Made by a program: the position numbers and the translations under genes. A DNA stretch of 64,000 bases from Patescibacteria group bacterium (lineage in GTDB: Bacteria; Patescibacteriota; Patescibacteriia; UM-FILTER-42-10): assembly GCA_018825385.1 (NCBI GenBank), contig JAHJEX010000071.1:1547-65546 (forward strand), read 5' to 3'. The notes under the pieces were generated by a model that made no database searches, was not told the origin of the DNA, and saw nothing but the letters and a program-made list of their open reading frames with translations. The number at the start of each line of letters is the position of its first letter. Within the stretch, counting starts at the first letter, position 1. Shown one piece after another: positions 9,132 to 18,750 of the stretch.

Positions 9132-10913
9132 CTACTCAGCAGTAAGATCATTTATTGTCGCCGGTGGAAAAGTATCAGATATCCTTATCAGCCGAACCCA
9201 GCGGGCAGTTAAATCACCTGGACCATCATTAACTAAACGAAAATCCATATCACTATCAAATTGGTTGGCAAAGTTAGCATCATGGATTGTGAAAGTATAA
9301 GTCTTAACCCGGTCATCATTACTATTGCTAATTGTTGTTGTAGATGCTAAAGCTCCGCCATTATCATAATACTCTAAATGCCAATCGGTTTGAGAATTAT
9401 CTATCATTTCCACTTTAATTTGAACCGTATCGGTTGGTATAAAACTATCATCTAAGGCAAAATAAATATAATTATTACCGGTAGCTATATCTGTACGACG
9501 AGCAGTGTAATGAGTGTATGAACCTGCCCCAGCATCAAAGTAGTAGAGCAGACTTGGCACAGTCACGCCACCCGTGATATCGCGTTGCAGTAGCCAGCGT
9601 TCAAAATTCCTTACCTGATCCACCCCATAGGAACTGATAGGAGACTCAAAGAGAAGGGTCCAAGCATCCGGAGAATTGTATACGTCTTTGCCAAAAGAGA
9701 GACGGGCATATTCACTCAAGCCAGGGTTGATTTCTTCACCCGCCTCTGAAGTCCATAACCATCTCATTCGTGCTTGTAAGGCCCGCATGACAGACATCCG
9801 ATACCGATATGGGTCGCTATGTTTACTACCATAACGCCATTCCCAAGCTTCACCGTACTCTTCATTTTCCTCGCCCCAATACCGTCCATCAAAATTCGGA
9901 CTGTCCTCATCTATAATAATATAACCATCATCATCAACCGTACTACCCCAGGATGTTTGCTCTATATGCCAAAAATAAAATTCAATACCGCCGTTTCTAT
10001 TACCAAAACCCTTGCTCCAAGCATAATATAGTAAATTGGTGCTCGCTCCCTCAAAATCCGTACGACCTTGAAACCAACTCGGACCCATCCCCACCCAAGC
10101 TACCTTATACTCTACTCCGGCGAAAGCCTCGGTATAGGCATCCATGCGTGCGCTTAGCCAATCATACATCACCGTAGGTGTCAGTCCCCAGTCAGCTTCG
10201 ATAGTATTGAGATACGGCTGAGTCATCCATAATTCCTCTCCTCGACTTTCGCTGATGCCATGCAAATAAATCGACTCTAATCGTGGGTCATCAGCATACG
10301 CCTCGCCCAAGGCTCTGACCATATTGTTAAAATCACCTCCAATTTCTGGTTGCCATTGTGGGATAACAGTAATGTTGAACGTGCCGCCTACAGTTGGCAA
10401 ATTCTCCGGATCAAGATCATAATATGTAAAAATCCAATCTGGTACCTCTCGAGATACAGAAATGCCGTTGTCAGGATTATATCCGCCGGTTGTAATGCTC
10501 TGGAGATGCAGACTGCCAGTCTTCCCCTGTGCCGCAAGGTTCGCGAGCCTGCTCTCCAGGGATGACCAATCGTACACACCCCTTTCGGGTTCAAAATCAT
10601 TCCAACCCAACCACATACTTCCTGAGACGGAATTGTCGCAATTACCACATACGTATCCAGAAAAGTCTTCAGCTTCAACAGTATCAGGTAACGAATAATC
10701 TTCTCCTTCAACAAATGGTACTGTACTGCTGCCAAGCACAACCGTGTGACTTTCGGCTTTCTGTTGACTGATTTCAACGTTATTTTTTTTTGTTAAACTA
10801 TTGTTTGAGTTGATAAACAAAAAAGCCACTGCAAAAACTAAAAGCGCAGCTAAACAGAAAAATAATGCCAAGCTTCTGGAGTGTCGATTTTTTAATGTCT
10901 GTATTTGAACCAT
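9132..10913 (-). CDS. Membrane-anchored extracellular glycoside hydrolase-like protein (clan GH-A / beta-galactosidase-like barrel plus beta-sandwich)
   Basis: N-terminal TM helix; WNDFEPERGVYDWSSL motif; YADDPRL...GEE; Trp/Tyr/Asp-rich. Confidence 0.6.
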   Translation of the reverse strand: MVQIQTLKNRHSRSLALFFCLAALLVFAVAFLFINSNNSLTKKNNVEISQQKAESHTVVLGSSTVPFVEGEDYSLPDTVEAEDFSGYVCGNCDNSVSGSMWLGWNDFEPERGVYDWSSLESRLANLAAQGKTGSLHLQSITTGGYNPDNGISVSREVPDWIFTYYDLDPENLPTVGGTFNITVIPQWQPEIGGDFNNMVRALGEAYADDPRLESIYLHGISESRGEELWMTQPYLNTIEADWGLTPTVMYDWLSARMDAYTEAFAGVEYKVAWVGMGPSWFQGRTDFEGASTNLLYYAWSKGFGNRNGGIEFYFWHIEQTSWGSTVDDDGYIIIDEDSPNFDGRYWGEENEEYGEAWEWRYGSKHSDPYRYRMSVMRALQARMRWLWTSEAGEEINPGLSEYARLSFGKDVYNSPDAWTLLFESPISSYGVDQVRNFERWLLQRDITGGVTVPSLLYYFDAGAGSYTHYTARRTDIATGNNYIYFALDDSFIPTDTVQIKVEMIDNSQTDWHLEYYDNGGALASTTTISNSNDDRVKTYTFTIHDANFANQFDSDMDFRLVNDGPGDLTARWVRLIRISDTFPPATINDLTAE

Positions 10914-10945
10914 ATACTGCTATTTCACTGTCTATGACAGTTTGT

Positions 10946-12607
10946 TTAGTTAGGCGGAAAAAATTTGCCTACAGCTATATTTATGCCTGATTGCATTTCA
11001 TTCGGAAACGCCACCACTTCATACAACGGATATTCACCCATCCCTTTCCATATTTTAATTACCGCCCGATCGCCTGATTGGACTGCCGTAACAATCTCGT
11101 CCACTCCATTATAATCAAAATCACCAGTCGCTAAGCTTACACCTCCACGAAATTCAGGATGATATGCATAAAATCCATTGTGATACAGAGTCATAGAACC
11201 GTCCGGCAAACGACGAAATATTCTAACATGCGGTCCGCCCACAGCTACCGGCGCTGTAATAATTTCATCACGGCCGTTTCCCAATAAGTCTCCGACCGCT
11301 ATGTTAACTCCCCCTCTAAAGGTAGCCGGATATGCCATGAATCCCAATATATGAGGCCAAATTTTGTTTCCTTCATAATGAAAAATACGAACATGTGGCC
11401 CACCGGTTAAAATACCAGGTGCTGTGATTATATCAGCATGTCCGTCTGCATCTAAATCTCCACTTGCTATATTCCAACTTCCTCTCAGCCATTCATTATA
11501 TGCAAAAAAGTTTTCAATTGTAGGAACATAGGCTCCATCTCGTTTACCAAATATCCTAATATTTGGTCCCCCGTTTGATGCTGGAGAAACAATTATTTCT
11601 TTATTACCCTTCTTATCTACATCACCTATCGCTACTTTTACACCACTACGAAATCCCTCTTGGTATACTGAAATTTCATTCAGTAAATCACCTTTCCAAT
11701 TAAATATTCTCACCTTTGGTTCATAGCCAGGTCCCGGTCCAACCACGATTTCGTCGATTCCATCGGAATCAAGATCACCCGCCGCAACATTAACTCCACC
11801 TCGAAATGATTCAGAATAAGCAAAAAATTGAGAAAGCAAAGTTCCGGTTTTTGTCAGAATCCTAATTTGAGGTCCGCCACCCTGATTTGGTGCTGCAACT
11901 AAATAACTTTCTTGAATTTGAAGTTCTTCTCCGCCAACCGGAGGTTGAGGTGCTACTTCTGGCGGTGTCTCTTCTGTTGGCGGTATTTCTTCCAACGGTG
12001 ATGTGGGTGAGCTGACTATATTGCATTCTTCCGTTTCATTAGGACGATCTTCTTCTTTACCACAATTGTTCAAATCACTACATTCTCTTGTTTCTGTGCT
12101 GTCAACACATTCTGACCACGCTGAACATGTCCAAGATACAACACAGTCTGTAGTATGTGAAGCGATATTAGAAAGCGCTGACCATTGTCCTTCATTATCT
12201 ACAGTTTTTATCGCAAAATAGTAGGTAGTATTTGGGGCCAATCCCATAACTACAAAAGTTTCTTCAGTTCCGGCAAGTGAAGGAGCGGGAGGATCTGCAA
12301 TCTGCGAAGCAGTTGTCCAACCTGAATCATCTATCACCTGAGTACTGTAACGAATATCATATTCAGAAGCCGTACCAGAAAAATCATCATCCCCTGGCGC
12401 TGTCCAGGTAAGTATTACAGAATTTGTTGAAGTGGCACCGAAACCTGCCTGTACTTCATTCAGATGTATCTGATTTCCATAAGGATATAAAAAACTATAA
12501 GCTAAACCAATAAACGCAGTCAATGCAGCAATAACAGCAATTTCAATATTGATTCTCACAAGTAGTTTTGCATTGTTTTTAATTATTGCGACTGATCTCA
12601 CTTGCAT
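10946..12607 (-). CDS. Surface protein: TM, FN3 domain, Cys-rich module, Pro/Glu linker, FG-GAP-like repeats
   Basis: LTWTAPGDD...YDIRYS...GLAPNTTYYFAIK; WTCSAWSEC; five FRGGVNVAAGDLDxDGxxEI-type repeats. Confidence 0.8.
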   Translation of the reverse strand: MQVRSVAIIKNNAKLLVRINIEIAVIAALTAFIGLAYSFLYPYGNQIHLNEVQAGFGATSTNSVILTWTAPGDDDFSGTASEYDIRYSTQVIDDSGWTTASQIADPPAPSLAGTEETFVVMGLAPNTTYYFAIKTVDNEGQWSALSNIASHTTDCVVSWTCSAWSECVDSTETRECSDLNNCGKEEDRPNETEECNIVSSPTSPLEEIPPTEETPPEVAPQPPVGGEELQIQESYLVAAPNQGGGPQIRILTKTGTLLSQFFAYSESFRGGVNVAAGDLDSDGIDEIVVGPGPGYEPKVRIFNWKGDLLNEISVYQEGFRSGVKVAIGDVDKKGNKEIIVSPASNGGPNIRIFGKRDGAYVPTIENFFAYNEWLRGSWNIASGDLDADGHADIITAPGILTGGPHVRIFHYEGNKIWPHILGFMAYPATFRGGVNIAVGDLLGNGRDEIITAPVAVGGPHVRIFRRLPDGSMTLYHNGFYAYHPEFRGGVSLATGDFDYNGVDEIVTAVQSGDRAVIKIWKGMGEYPLYEVVAFPNEMQSGINIAVGKFFPPN

Positions 12608-12810
12608 TTAGTTAGTGTTCAAATCCATGGATATTTTATTGATTAAAAAAGTAATCAAGCACACTGAGTTTATAACACCTCAATAAAAAATCGCTGAACA
12701 AACAGCGACTGAAAAAAGAAAAATAACGATTATATGCGCTATTCTATTTTTTTGTTTTGATGCAACAATACCATTACGCATAATACTATAGAATTCATAT
12801 TTCTATGTTT

Positions 12811-12839
12811 ATTGTAACAAAAGTAATCACTTTTGTCAA
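12811..12839 (-). promoter_or_regulatory. Sigma70-type promoter with a palindromic spacer
   Basis: TTGACA-17-TACAAT; ACAAAAGT-N4-ACTTTTGT at 12817-12836. Confidence 0.6.
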
Positions 12840-12867
12840 TTTTTAGATTAAATAATTTCAACAATAT

Positions 12868-13525
12868 CTATAACTTTCCCGTACACTTAAGTTCTTTTTC
12901 CCAATTGAGAAATTTGTTCCAGAGACCCTAGAGACTGTTACTTTCATATGCCTTCTCCAGTTCCATAGCCATTGAACTAAAAAAACCAATTTTATAGAAA
13001 TATTGGTCGCGGGTTTTTTTATCAAATATTGAACGTAATCTAATTTTATTTTCTTTCATCCAAGCCGAATATTTTCCACCAGTATCATCGAGGATCGCTA
13101 CTATGCTAGAAATTTTCAATTCCCCTTTAGAATTCTTTATGAATACTTGTTTACTTGAACCAGTAGCAATTACATCGTCAACCAGTACAGCACGAGCTCC
13201 TTTTTCTATATATTCCTTCTACCAGAGCATCAGTAGAATAACCTTTAGACTTTTTTCTAATATAAACCCATGGGAGATTCAATTCCATGGCAGTAGTAGC
13301 AGCTAAACTGATCCCGCCCGTTTCGCTACCAGCTATCACTTCAATTTTCGGCTTAATTTTTTTGATTATTCGAGCAAATTCCTGCGCAATTGTTTTTAGC
13401 ACTACTGGATAAGACAAAGCAGCTTTAGGATCCCAATAGATTGGAACAATTCTTCCGGCCTTAATTTTAACGCCTGTAGTATAAAAACGTTCTTGAGCCA
13501 ATACTTCAATCGCTTTATTATTCAT
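12868..13525 (-). pseudogene. OPRT-like type I phosphoribosyltransferase pseudogene
   Basis: AGSETGGI, YIRKKSKGY; a frameshift near 13201-13210 restores VLVDDVIATGSSK; premature TAG at 12928, then LWNKFLNWEK matching paralogue C-termini. Confidence 0.8.
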
Positions 13526-14997
13526 ATCTTTTTTATTACCCCTTTTTCCGCATCTACAAATACTTTGTCACCATCTTTGAAAATTCTTGTCGCAATTTTT
13601 GTTCCTACAATGCAAGGAACTTTTAGTTCTCTAGAAACAATTGCCGCATGTGAAAGCAAGCCTCCTTCATCAGTAACGATTGCGCCCGCCCGTTCCATAG
13701 CAGGAACATAAGTAGGGTTAGTAGAATTGGCTACTAGGATATCCCCTCGTTCTACTTTGCGAACATCATGGACAGTAAAGACAAGCCTGGCTTTCCCTCG
13801 AGCTTGCCCGGGACTTGCTGGTTGACCGATTAACTCTTTTGTTTTTACCAATTCTTGTTCCCTTTTGCGATGTTTCGTTGTGTACTGCTTAAGCTTTACT
13901 CCCGAATATACTTTCCGCTGACCATTTTCTAGAATTAATGCATGATCCGAATGACGAAGTTTTGCCTCCCTTTTCATGTTAGCAGACAATTTTCCTTTTT
14001 TTAGCGCACTAATAATTTCATCTGCTCCTAGTGAATAGAAATGCCTACATGGTATCCCAAGTCTGTGCGATATCTCCTGCCAAAGCCCCCACAAATTATG
14101 TACTACATAGCCATAAGTTTCATCAACATAGTTCGACAATGAACACCAGCGCTTTATATGATATATCTGTAATCTGGTTTCTTCGTCAAGTTCAATCTTT
14201 TTTATTGATTCTTCAGTTAACTTATCATTTCTATCCTGTATTCTAAAATCATCGATTAAAGCTTTGAATTTCTTTGGCGATAATGATAAATATTCCCTCA
14301 ATCTACTTTTTAAATTCTCAACAGTATATGCCACCCCTCGAAAATAGTAGAACCCCAGATAAGCATATTCAGAAAGATGGTTTTCCAGTTTTATTATTAC
14401 CTTTTCGTCATTCATTATGATTTTATTCTTACGGATAGACTCAGCTATTTTCACTAAGCTCCGTTTTTCTGTCCGCATTTCTGAAGGTCTATCAGCTTCA
14501 AAAAATATTCCTATATATTTATTCTGTTCATATAAATCCGGTATTTTAGCCGCTATTTTAGTTGTAACAATGTCCGGTAAAAACTGGTTCAGGTAAATAT
14601 AATCGTATGCAAAACACCATATTTTTTTGGAATGTTCATACCATTCAGCAAATACCCTGATCAATTCTAGATTACTCGACTTTGCAAAGTCAAACGATCC
14701 ATAGTAGTCTGCAAAACGACGATAATCTGTAATTCTTTGTTTATATTCTCGTTCATAGTCAAAAAGATTTGAATCCTTGCCAGTTAATGCTTTTTCCATA
14801 ACCGAACGATACAGTTTGAAATCCTCCCTTCCATACCATCGGGCGTTATCAAACTGCCGATAATTTCTAATATTCTTTTTTACCCGATGTGCCTTCGCCC
14901 ATAGACCTTCTTTATAAAGAGAAATAATCGAATCAATAACCAAAAAAGGATGCGCTTTTCCTCTTCGTGCAATTTCAATCCATTTAGTATTTGTCAT
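13522..14997 (-). CDS. Swivel-His domain protein, paralogue 7
   Basis: DEGGLLSHAAIVSRELKVPCIVG. Confidence 0.9.
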   Translation of the reverse strand: MTNTKWIEIARRGKAHPFLVIDSIISLYKEGLWAKAHRVKKNIRNYRQFDNARWYGREDFKLYRSVMEKALTGKDSNLFDYEREYKQRITDYRRFADYYGSFDFAKSSNLELIRVFAEWYEHSKKIWCFAYDYIYLNQFLPDIVTTKIAAKIPDLYEQNKYIGIFFEADRPSEMRTEKRSLVKIAESIRKNKIIMNDEKVIIKLENHLSEYAYLGFYYFRGVAYTVENLKSRLREYLSLSPKKFKALIDDFRIQDRNDKLTEESIKKIELDEETRLQIYHIKRWCSLSNYVDETYGYVVHNLWGLWQEISHRLGIPCRHFYSLGADEIISALKKGKLSANMKREAKLRHSDHALILENGQRKVYSGVKLKQYTTKHRKREQELVKTKELIGQPASPGQARGKARLVFTVHDVRKVERGDILVANSTNPTYVPAMERAGAIVTDEGGLLSHAAIVSRELKVPCIVGTKIATRIFKDGDKVFVDAEKGVIKKI

Positions 14998-14999
14998 AT

Positions 15000-16562
15000 T
15001 TAAACCTTCTTAATAGTTCCTTTTTCAGCATCTACGATTACCCTATCACCGTCTTTCAAAAACAAATCACAATTACGAACCCCCACCACACATGGAATTT
15101 TCATCTCTCGTGCTACAATCGAGGTATGACAAGTCAGACCGCCCGCTCCCCCTACTAATGCAGATGCCTTTTTCATAGCCGGAACCAGATTTGGGTTGGT
15201 ATTGTGCGCCACCATAATATCCCCCTTTTTCATTTTCTTCATTTCATCAGGAATATTTATTACTTTAACTATACCTTCAACTTTTCCGGGATAGGCGCAT
15301 GTACCAATAAGTTTGTTTACATTGTTTTTAGGTTTTTGTAGTTTAATTGATTTCATGAACTGTTCAGCTTGCTTCCCTGTTATGACTTTGTTGATATATC
15401 TAGCGCTCCCCGTTCTTTTGTAATAGTCTACAGCCTTTTTTAGCCTTTCATTTAAAACATTAGCATCAACCTCGCCCTTTTTCAGTGATTCTATTATTTC
15501 GCTGGGTTTCATTGCCTGAACCTGATTTACTGAAAGTCCGAATCTTTTACCAAATTCTCTGAATATTATTTCATAATAATACATTGCATTATATAGCCCG
15601 TTTTTTCTATAACTTTTAATAAATACCATCTCTTGAGCCATTTTGAGAATATTTTTTTCATGCTCCGTAAAGCCAATTTGCCCTATAAGCTTTTTTTGCT
15701 CTTTCAACAAGTCTTGGCGATCTTTTTTCTTTTGCTCCAATACTGTTTGTGGATTACTCTGTTCGCGCAAAAACGCCTGCCAACGTGATATATAATCCTC
15801 TAGAGGATACGCCGGCCCTTTGTATTGATAGGTAAGCGGGCTATAGCGCTGATAATGACTGACAACCTTTTTGTAAATCTCTTTATCCAGATTCGCTAAA
15901 TTATTTTTCAGACCCTGAAGGCTGGACTGTATAAAAGTCTCTTTGAGTTTCCTTTTTTTACTTATATCCGATGCGATTCTTAGGAAACTTTCTTCCTCTT
16001 TTTCCAGTAAACTTTTTTTATTCGGTGATGTTAAGATCGAGAATACTTTTGATGCACTTTCTTGTATTTTGTTGCTTTCCAGCTTTTTAGCAATCAATCT
16101 TAGAATTGCTTTAGTTGTCAGTTGATCACCGGCATCAACATGCCAGCTTACAGCAGTGGCATGCCCATGACTAATCATGTGAATTTTCCATAATTCTTTC
16201 ATCAGTTTAGCGATCTGTATATCAGTCATATTCCCTAAATCCAGCTTTTCAACATTTCTCATTACTTTAAAGAATTCAGTTGTGGCAATTTCTATCCTTT
16301 TTAGGATTTTTAATGCCCATTTTGGATTTTTAATTGCCTTGTCCGAAAGAAATTTGCATTCCGCATCAAACTCCTTCTTAACGTAGATCATTTGAGAAAA
16401 ATCACCATTAAAATATGTAAGAAATTCTTTCTCAAAACTTCCAGATCCCTGTTTTGGATACACGGTATAAAAAGCAATGCTTGGAATCTCCATCATGAAC
16501 ATTGTATTTTGGGGAATATCCTCAACTGCTATGTATGTTTTTTTCGTTCTACCCTTCGTCAT
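15000..16562 (-). CDS. Swivel-His domain protein, paralogue 8
   Basis: GAGGLTCHTSIVAREMKIPCVVG. Confidence 0.9.
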   Translation of the reverse strand: MTKGRTKKTYIAVEDIPQNTMFMMEIPSIAFYTVYPKQGSGSFEKEFLTYFNGDFSQMIYVKKEFDAECKFLSDKAIKNPKWALKILKRIEIATTEFFKVMRNVEKLDLGNMTDIQIAKLMKELWKIHMISHGHATAVSWHVDAGDQLTTKAILRLIAKKLESNKIQESASKVFSILTSPNKKSLLEKEEESFLRIASDISKKRKLKETFIQSSLQGLKNNLANLDKEIYKKVVSHYQRYSPLTYQYKGPAYPLEDYISRWQAFLREQSNPQTVLEQKKKDRQDLLKEQKKLIGQIGFTEHEKNILKMAQEMVFIKSYRKNGLYNAMYYYEIIFREFGKRFGLSVNQVQAMKPSEIIESLKKGEVDANVLNERLKKAVDYYKRTGSARYINKVITGKQAEQFMKSIKLQKPKNNVNKLIGTCAYPGKVEGIVKVINIPDEMKKMKKGDIMVAHNTNPNLVPAMKKASALVGGAGGLTCHTSIVAREMKIPCVVGVRNCDLFLKDGDRVIVDAEKGTIKKV

Positions 16563-16564
16563 AT

Positions 16565-17035
16565 TTACATCTTATCAATTTTTATTACAGAATTATTATC
16601 CAGGTAATAATTTCGAAATGAGGAGTACTTCCAGTCTTCGGACCTTTTAACCAATCCGGCACGCACAGGATTATTGTGTATGTAATCAAGCTTCTCTTCA
16701 AGATCTTTTTGGTTACGCACAACATGTTCCCAAAATTTCCCTTGGATTACTTTGCCAGAACTTACATTTGCTTTATTGTAGCTATTTGCGAATACTCCAT
16801 CTATATGATGCATTATATCAGAAACTGTTCTTTTCATAGGAGGAATTATCAGTAAGTGAATATGGTCAGGCATGATAACAAAACCTACCAGCTTAAATGC
16901 AAATTTGTTCCGACAATAACTGATAGTTTTAATGTAAAGCGCTTTAAACCTATCCGATTCGAATATTTTTCTTTTTTTATATGGATTCACTGTTATAAAG
17001 TAGCAGTGGTTTTCTAAATAAATTCTTTTCCTCAT
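16565..17035 (-). mobile_element. REP-associated tyrosine transposase (RAYT, Y1 HUH family)
   Basis: YFITV, FVIMPDHIHLLI (HUH), FWEHVVRN, YIHNNPVRAGLV, WKYSS; likely start MRKRIY at 17035. Confidence 0.9.
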
Positions 17036-17049
17036 TTTTTTTATTAGTC

Positions 17050-17219
17050 GGACCAAACAAGATTTGGTCCTACGTCTTAAAACTAATTCTTTCTCTATTC
17101 GCTTTGCGAGCCTGCCTGCATATAGCCCCATTTCAACTAAACAGGTAAATATCGTTTGATCTTGTATTTAAATAAGCTGGTTTTCTATTCACGTAGCTGA
17201 CAAATCTTGTTTGTCAGCT
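17050..17219. repeat. Inverted pair of GTAG-type REP hairpins (REPIN-like) upstream of the RAYT
   Basis: GTAGGACCAAA-TCTTG-TTTGGTCC (minus, 17050-17073) and GTAGCTGACAAA-TCTTG-TTTGTCAGC (plus, 17193-17218). Confidence 0.8.
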
Positions 17220-17346
17220 CGTTTTACTGCTATGTATGTTTTATTCATATTTTTTATTTTAACGGTGCTTGTAGTGAGTTGGGTTCTTTATGAAGTATAT
17301 GTTCTTCCCACAAAAACTAAAATAAATTATTGCTACTCTATTGCTA

Positions 17347-18036
17347 TTAAAGAATATCGCTTTTCAATGATTTCTTCCACGCCATAAACATGTTCCAATT
17401 CTTTTTGTTTTTGTGCCAGCCGGTGGGATCAGCAAGGTAGGCTTTTTGGATTGCTATCGCTTCTGGAGGCATCTTTTTCGCCCTACACACGCATTCAAGC
17501 CATTCATGCCGATTATAAAGGGTGTCAAAAGTAATTCCAATTTTCTTTAATTGCTTTTTGAATTTCTGATTTTTCATGTGCCAGGGATCATTGATAACCA
17601 TCACATGTTTTATTTTTATCCCATCTTTTGCACAATCTTTAATAGCTTTTAACACTGTACCACCCAAAGCAATTACATCATCAATCAGCACGCCAACAGC
17701 ACCTGATTGATAATCACCTTCCACCCATTTTCTGCGTAAAGTGGATTTTTTTTCTTTATTCAAGTAGGCAAAAGGTATTCTGGTTTTTAAACTTGTCGCC
17801 AGAGCAATAGGAATGCCGGCCATTGGAATTCCTACAATCAGATCTACCTTACCACTCTGGTTGTATTTTCTAATTATCTTGCCCAATTCCCCGGAAATTA
17901 TTTCAACTACTTTAGGGTGAGAGTAAAGGCATCTGCTATCGTTGTAAAATGGCACAATGGCACCGGTAGTCGTTTGATTAAAAGGACCAACATAGATTTT
18001 CATTTTAGCCACTTCTCTTAAAACCTGCTTATTCAT
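17347..18036 (-). CDS. OPRT-like type I phosphoribosyltransferase
   Basis: VGIPMAGIP; VLIDDVIALGGT. Confidence 0.85.
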   Translation of the reverse strand: MNKQVLREVAKMKIYVGPFNQTTTGAIVPFYNDSRCLYSHPKVVEIISGELGKIIRKYNQSGKVDLIVGIPMAGIPIALATSLKTRIPFAYLNKEKKSTLRRKWVEGDYQSGAVGVLIDDVIALGGTVLKAIKDCAKDGIKIKHVMVINDPWHMKNQKFKKQLKKIGITFDTLYNRHEWLECVCRAKKMPPEAIAIQKAYLADPTGWHKNKKNWNMFMAWKKSLKSDIL

Positions 18037-18038
18037 AA

Positions 18039-18743
18039 TTAAATTTTATCAAAACTCTTATCAAAAATTAAATTCTTTTCCTTTATTGCTATCTTTTTAA
18101 AATTTTTCCAATTTGCCGGATTTTTCTGCCATGCAAATGGATCATCAATTTGTTTGATAATTAGTTCGCTTAGTTCTTTGCTGATGAAATTACTTTCTGC
18201 AGCATATTTCATTAATTCTGGCCAGGTCGTAAGAGCAACAAATTTGTATTTTTTATTTTCTCTCAGCCACTGTTGTGGTTTGCGATATTTTGATCCGTAA
18301 AACGCATCTAAAATAACCACCACTCCCTTCACTTTCAATCCTACGCCCTCTAGTACTTTTACAATTTCCTTTTTATCTCCACCTCTTGATATTGCATCGT
18401 CCACAATTACTACCGTTTGGTTATTTTTGTAAACTCCTTCAATAACGCTATTAGTAGTGTACCCCTTTGGTTCTTTTCTTAGATATAGGAAATCTTTTTT
18501 TAGTTGATTGGCAACAGATACTCCATAAGGTATACCGGCTGCTTCCCTGCTGGCAATTAGATCAGGATTAAGCTTCCTGACTTCCTTCGCCATCTCCTTG
18601 GCAATAACTTGTAAAACTTCATTTTTAGAAAATGCTTTGCGATTATCTGGATATAATGGGAAATAGCCGATTCGAGGACTCTTTAGCCGACAAGCCAAAA
18701 AATACTCCTTAAATAGCAATGAGTTTGCAGCTTTTTTATTCAT
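18039..18743 (-). CDS. OPRT-like type I phosphoribosyltransferase
   Basis: REAAGIP; YLRKEPKGY; VIVDDAISRGGDK; start moved to MNKKAA to avoid overlap with nnrD. Confidence 0.85.
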   Translation of the reverse strand: MNKKAANSLLFKEYFLACRLKSPRIGYFPLYPDNRKAFSKNEVLQVIAKEMAKEVRKLNPDLIASREAAGIPYGVSVANQLKKDFLYLRKEPKGYTTNSVIEGVYKNNQTVVIVDDAISRGGDKKEIVKVLEGVGLKVKGVVVILDAFYGSKYRKPQQWLRENKKYKFVALTTWPELMKYAAESNFISKELSELIIKQIDDPFAWQKNPANWKNFKKIAIKEKNLIFDKSFDKI

Positions 18744-18750
18744 ATTTTTA

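Noticed and set aside
675-16562. Calling the paralogues ppsA, ppdK or ptsI
   Set aside because: Only the mobile His domain matches; the ATP-grasp and PEP/pyruvate barrel are absent and the His domain is C-terminal
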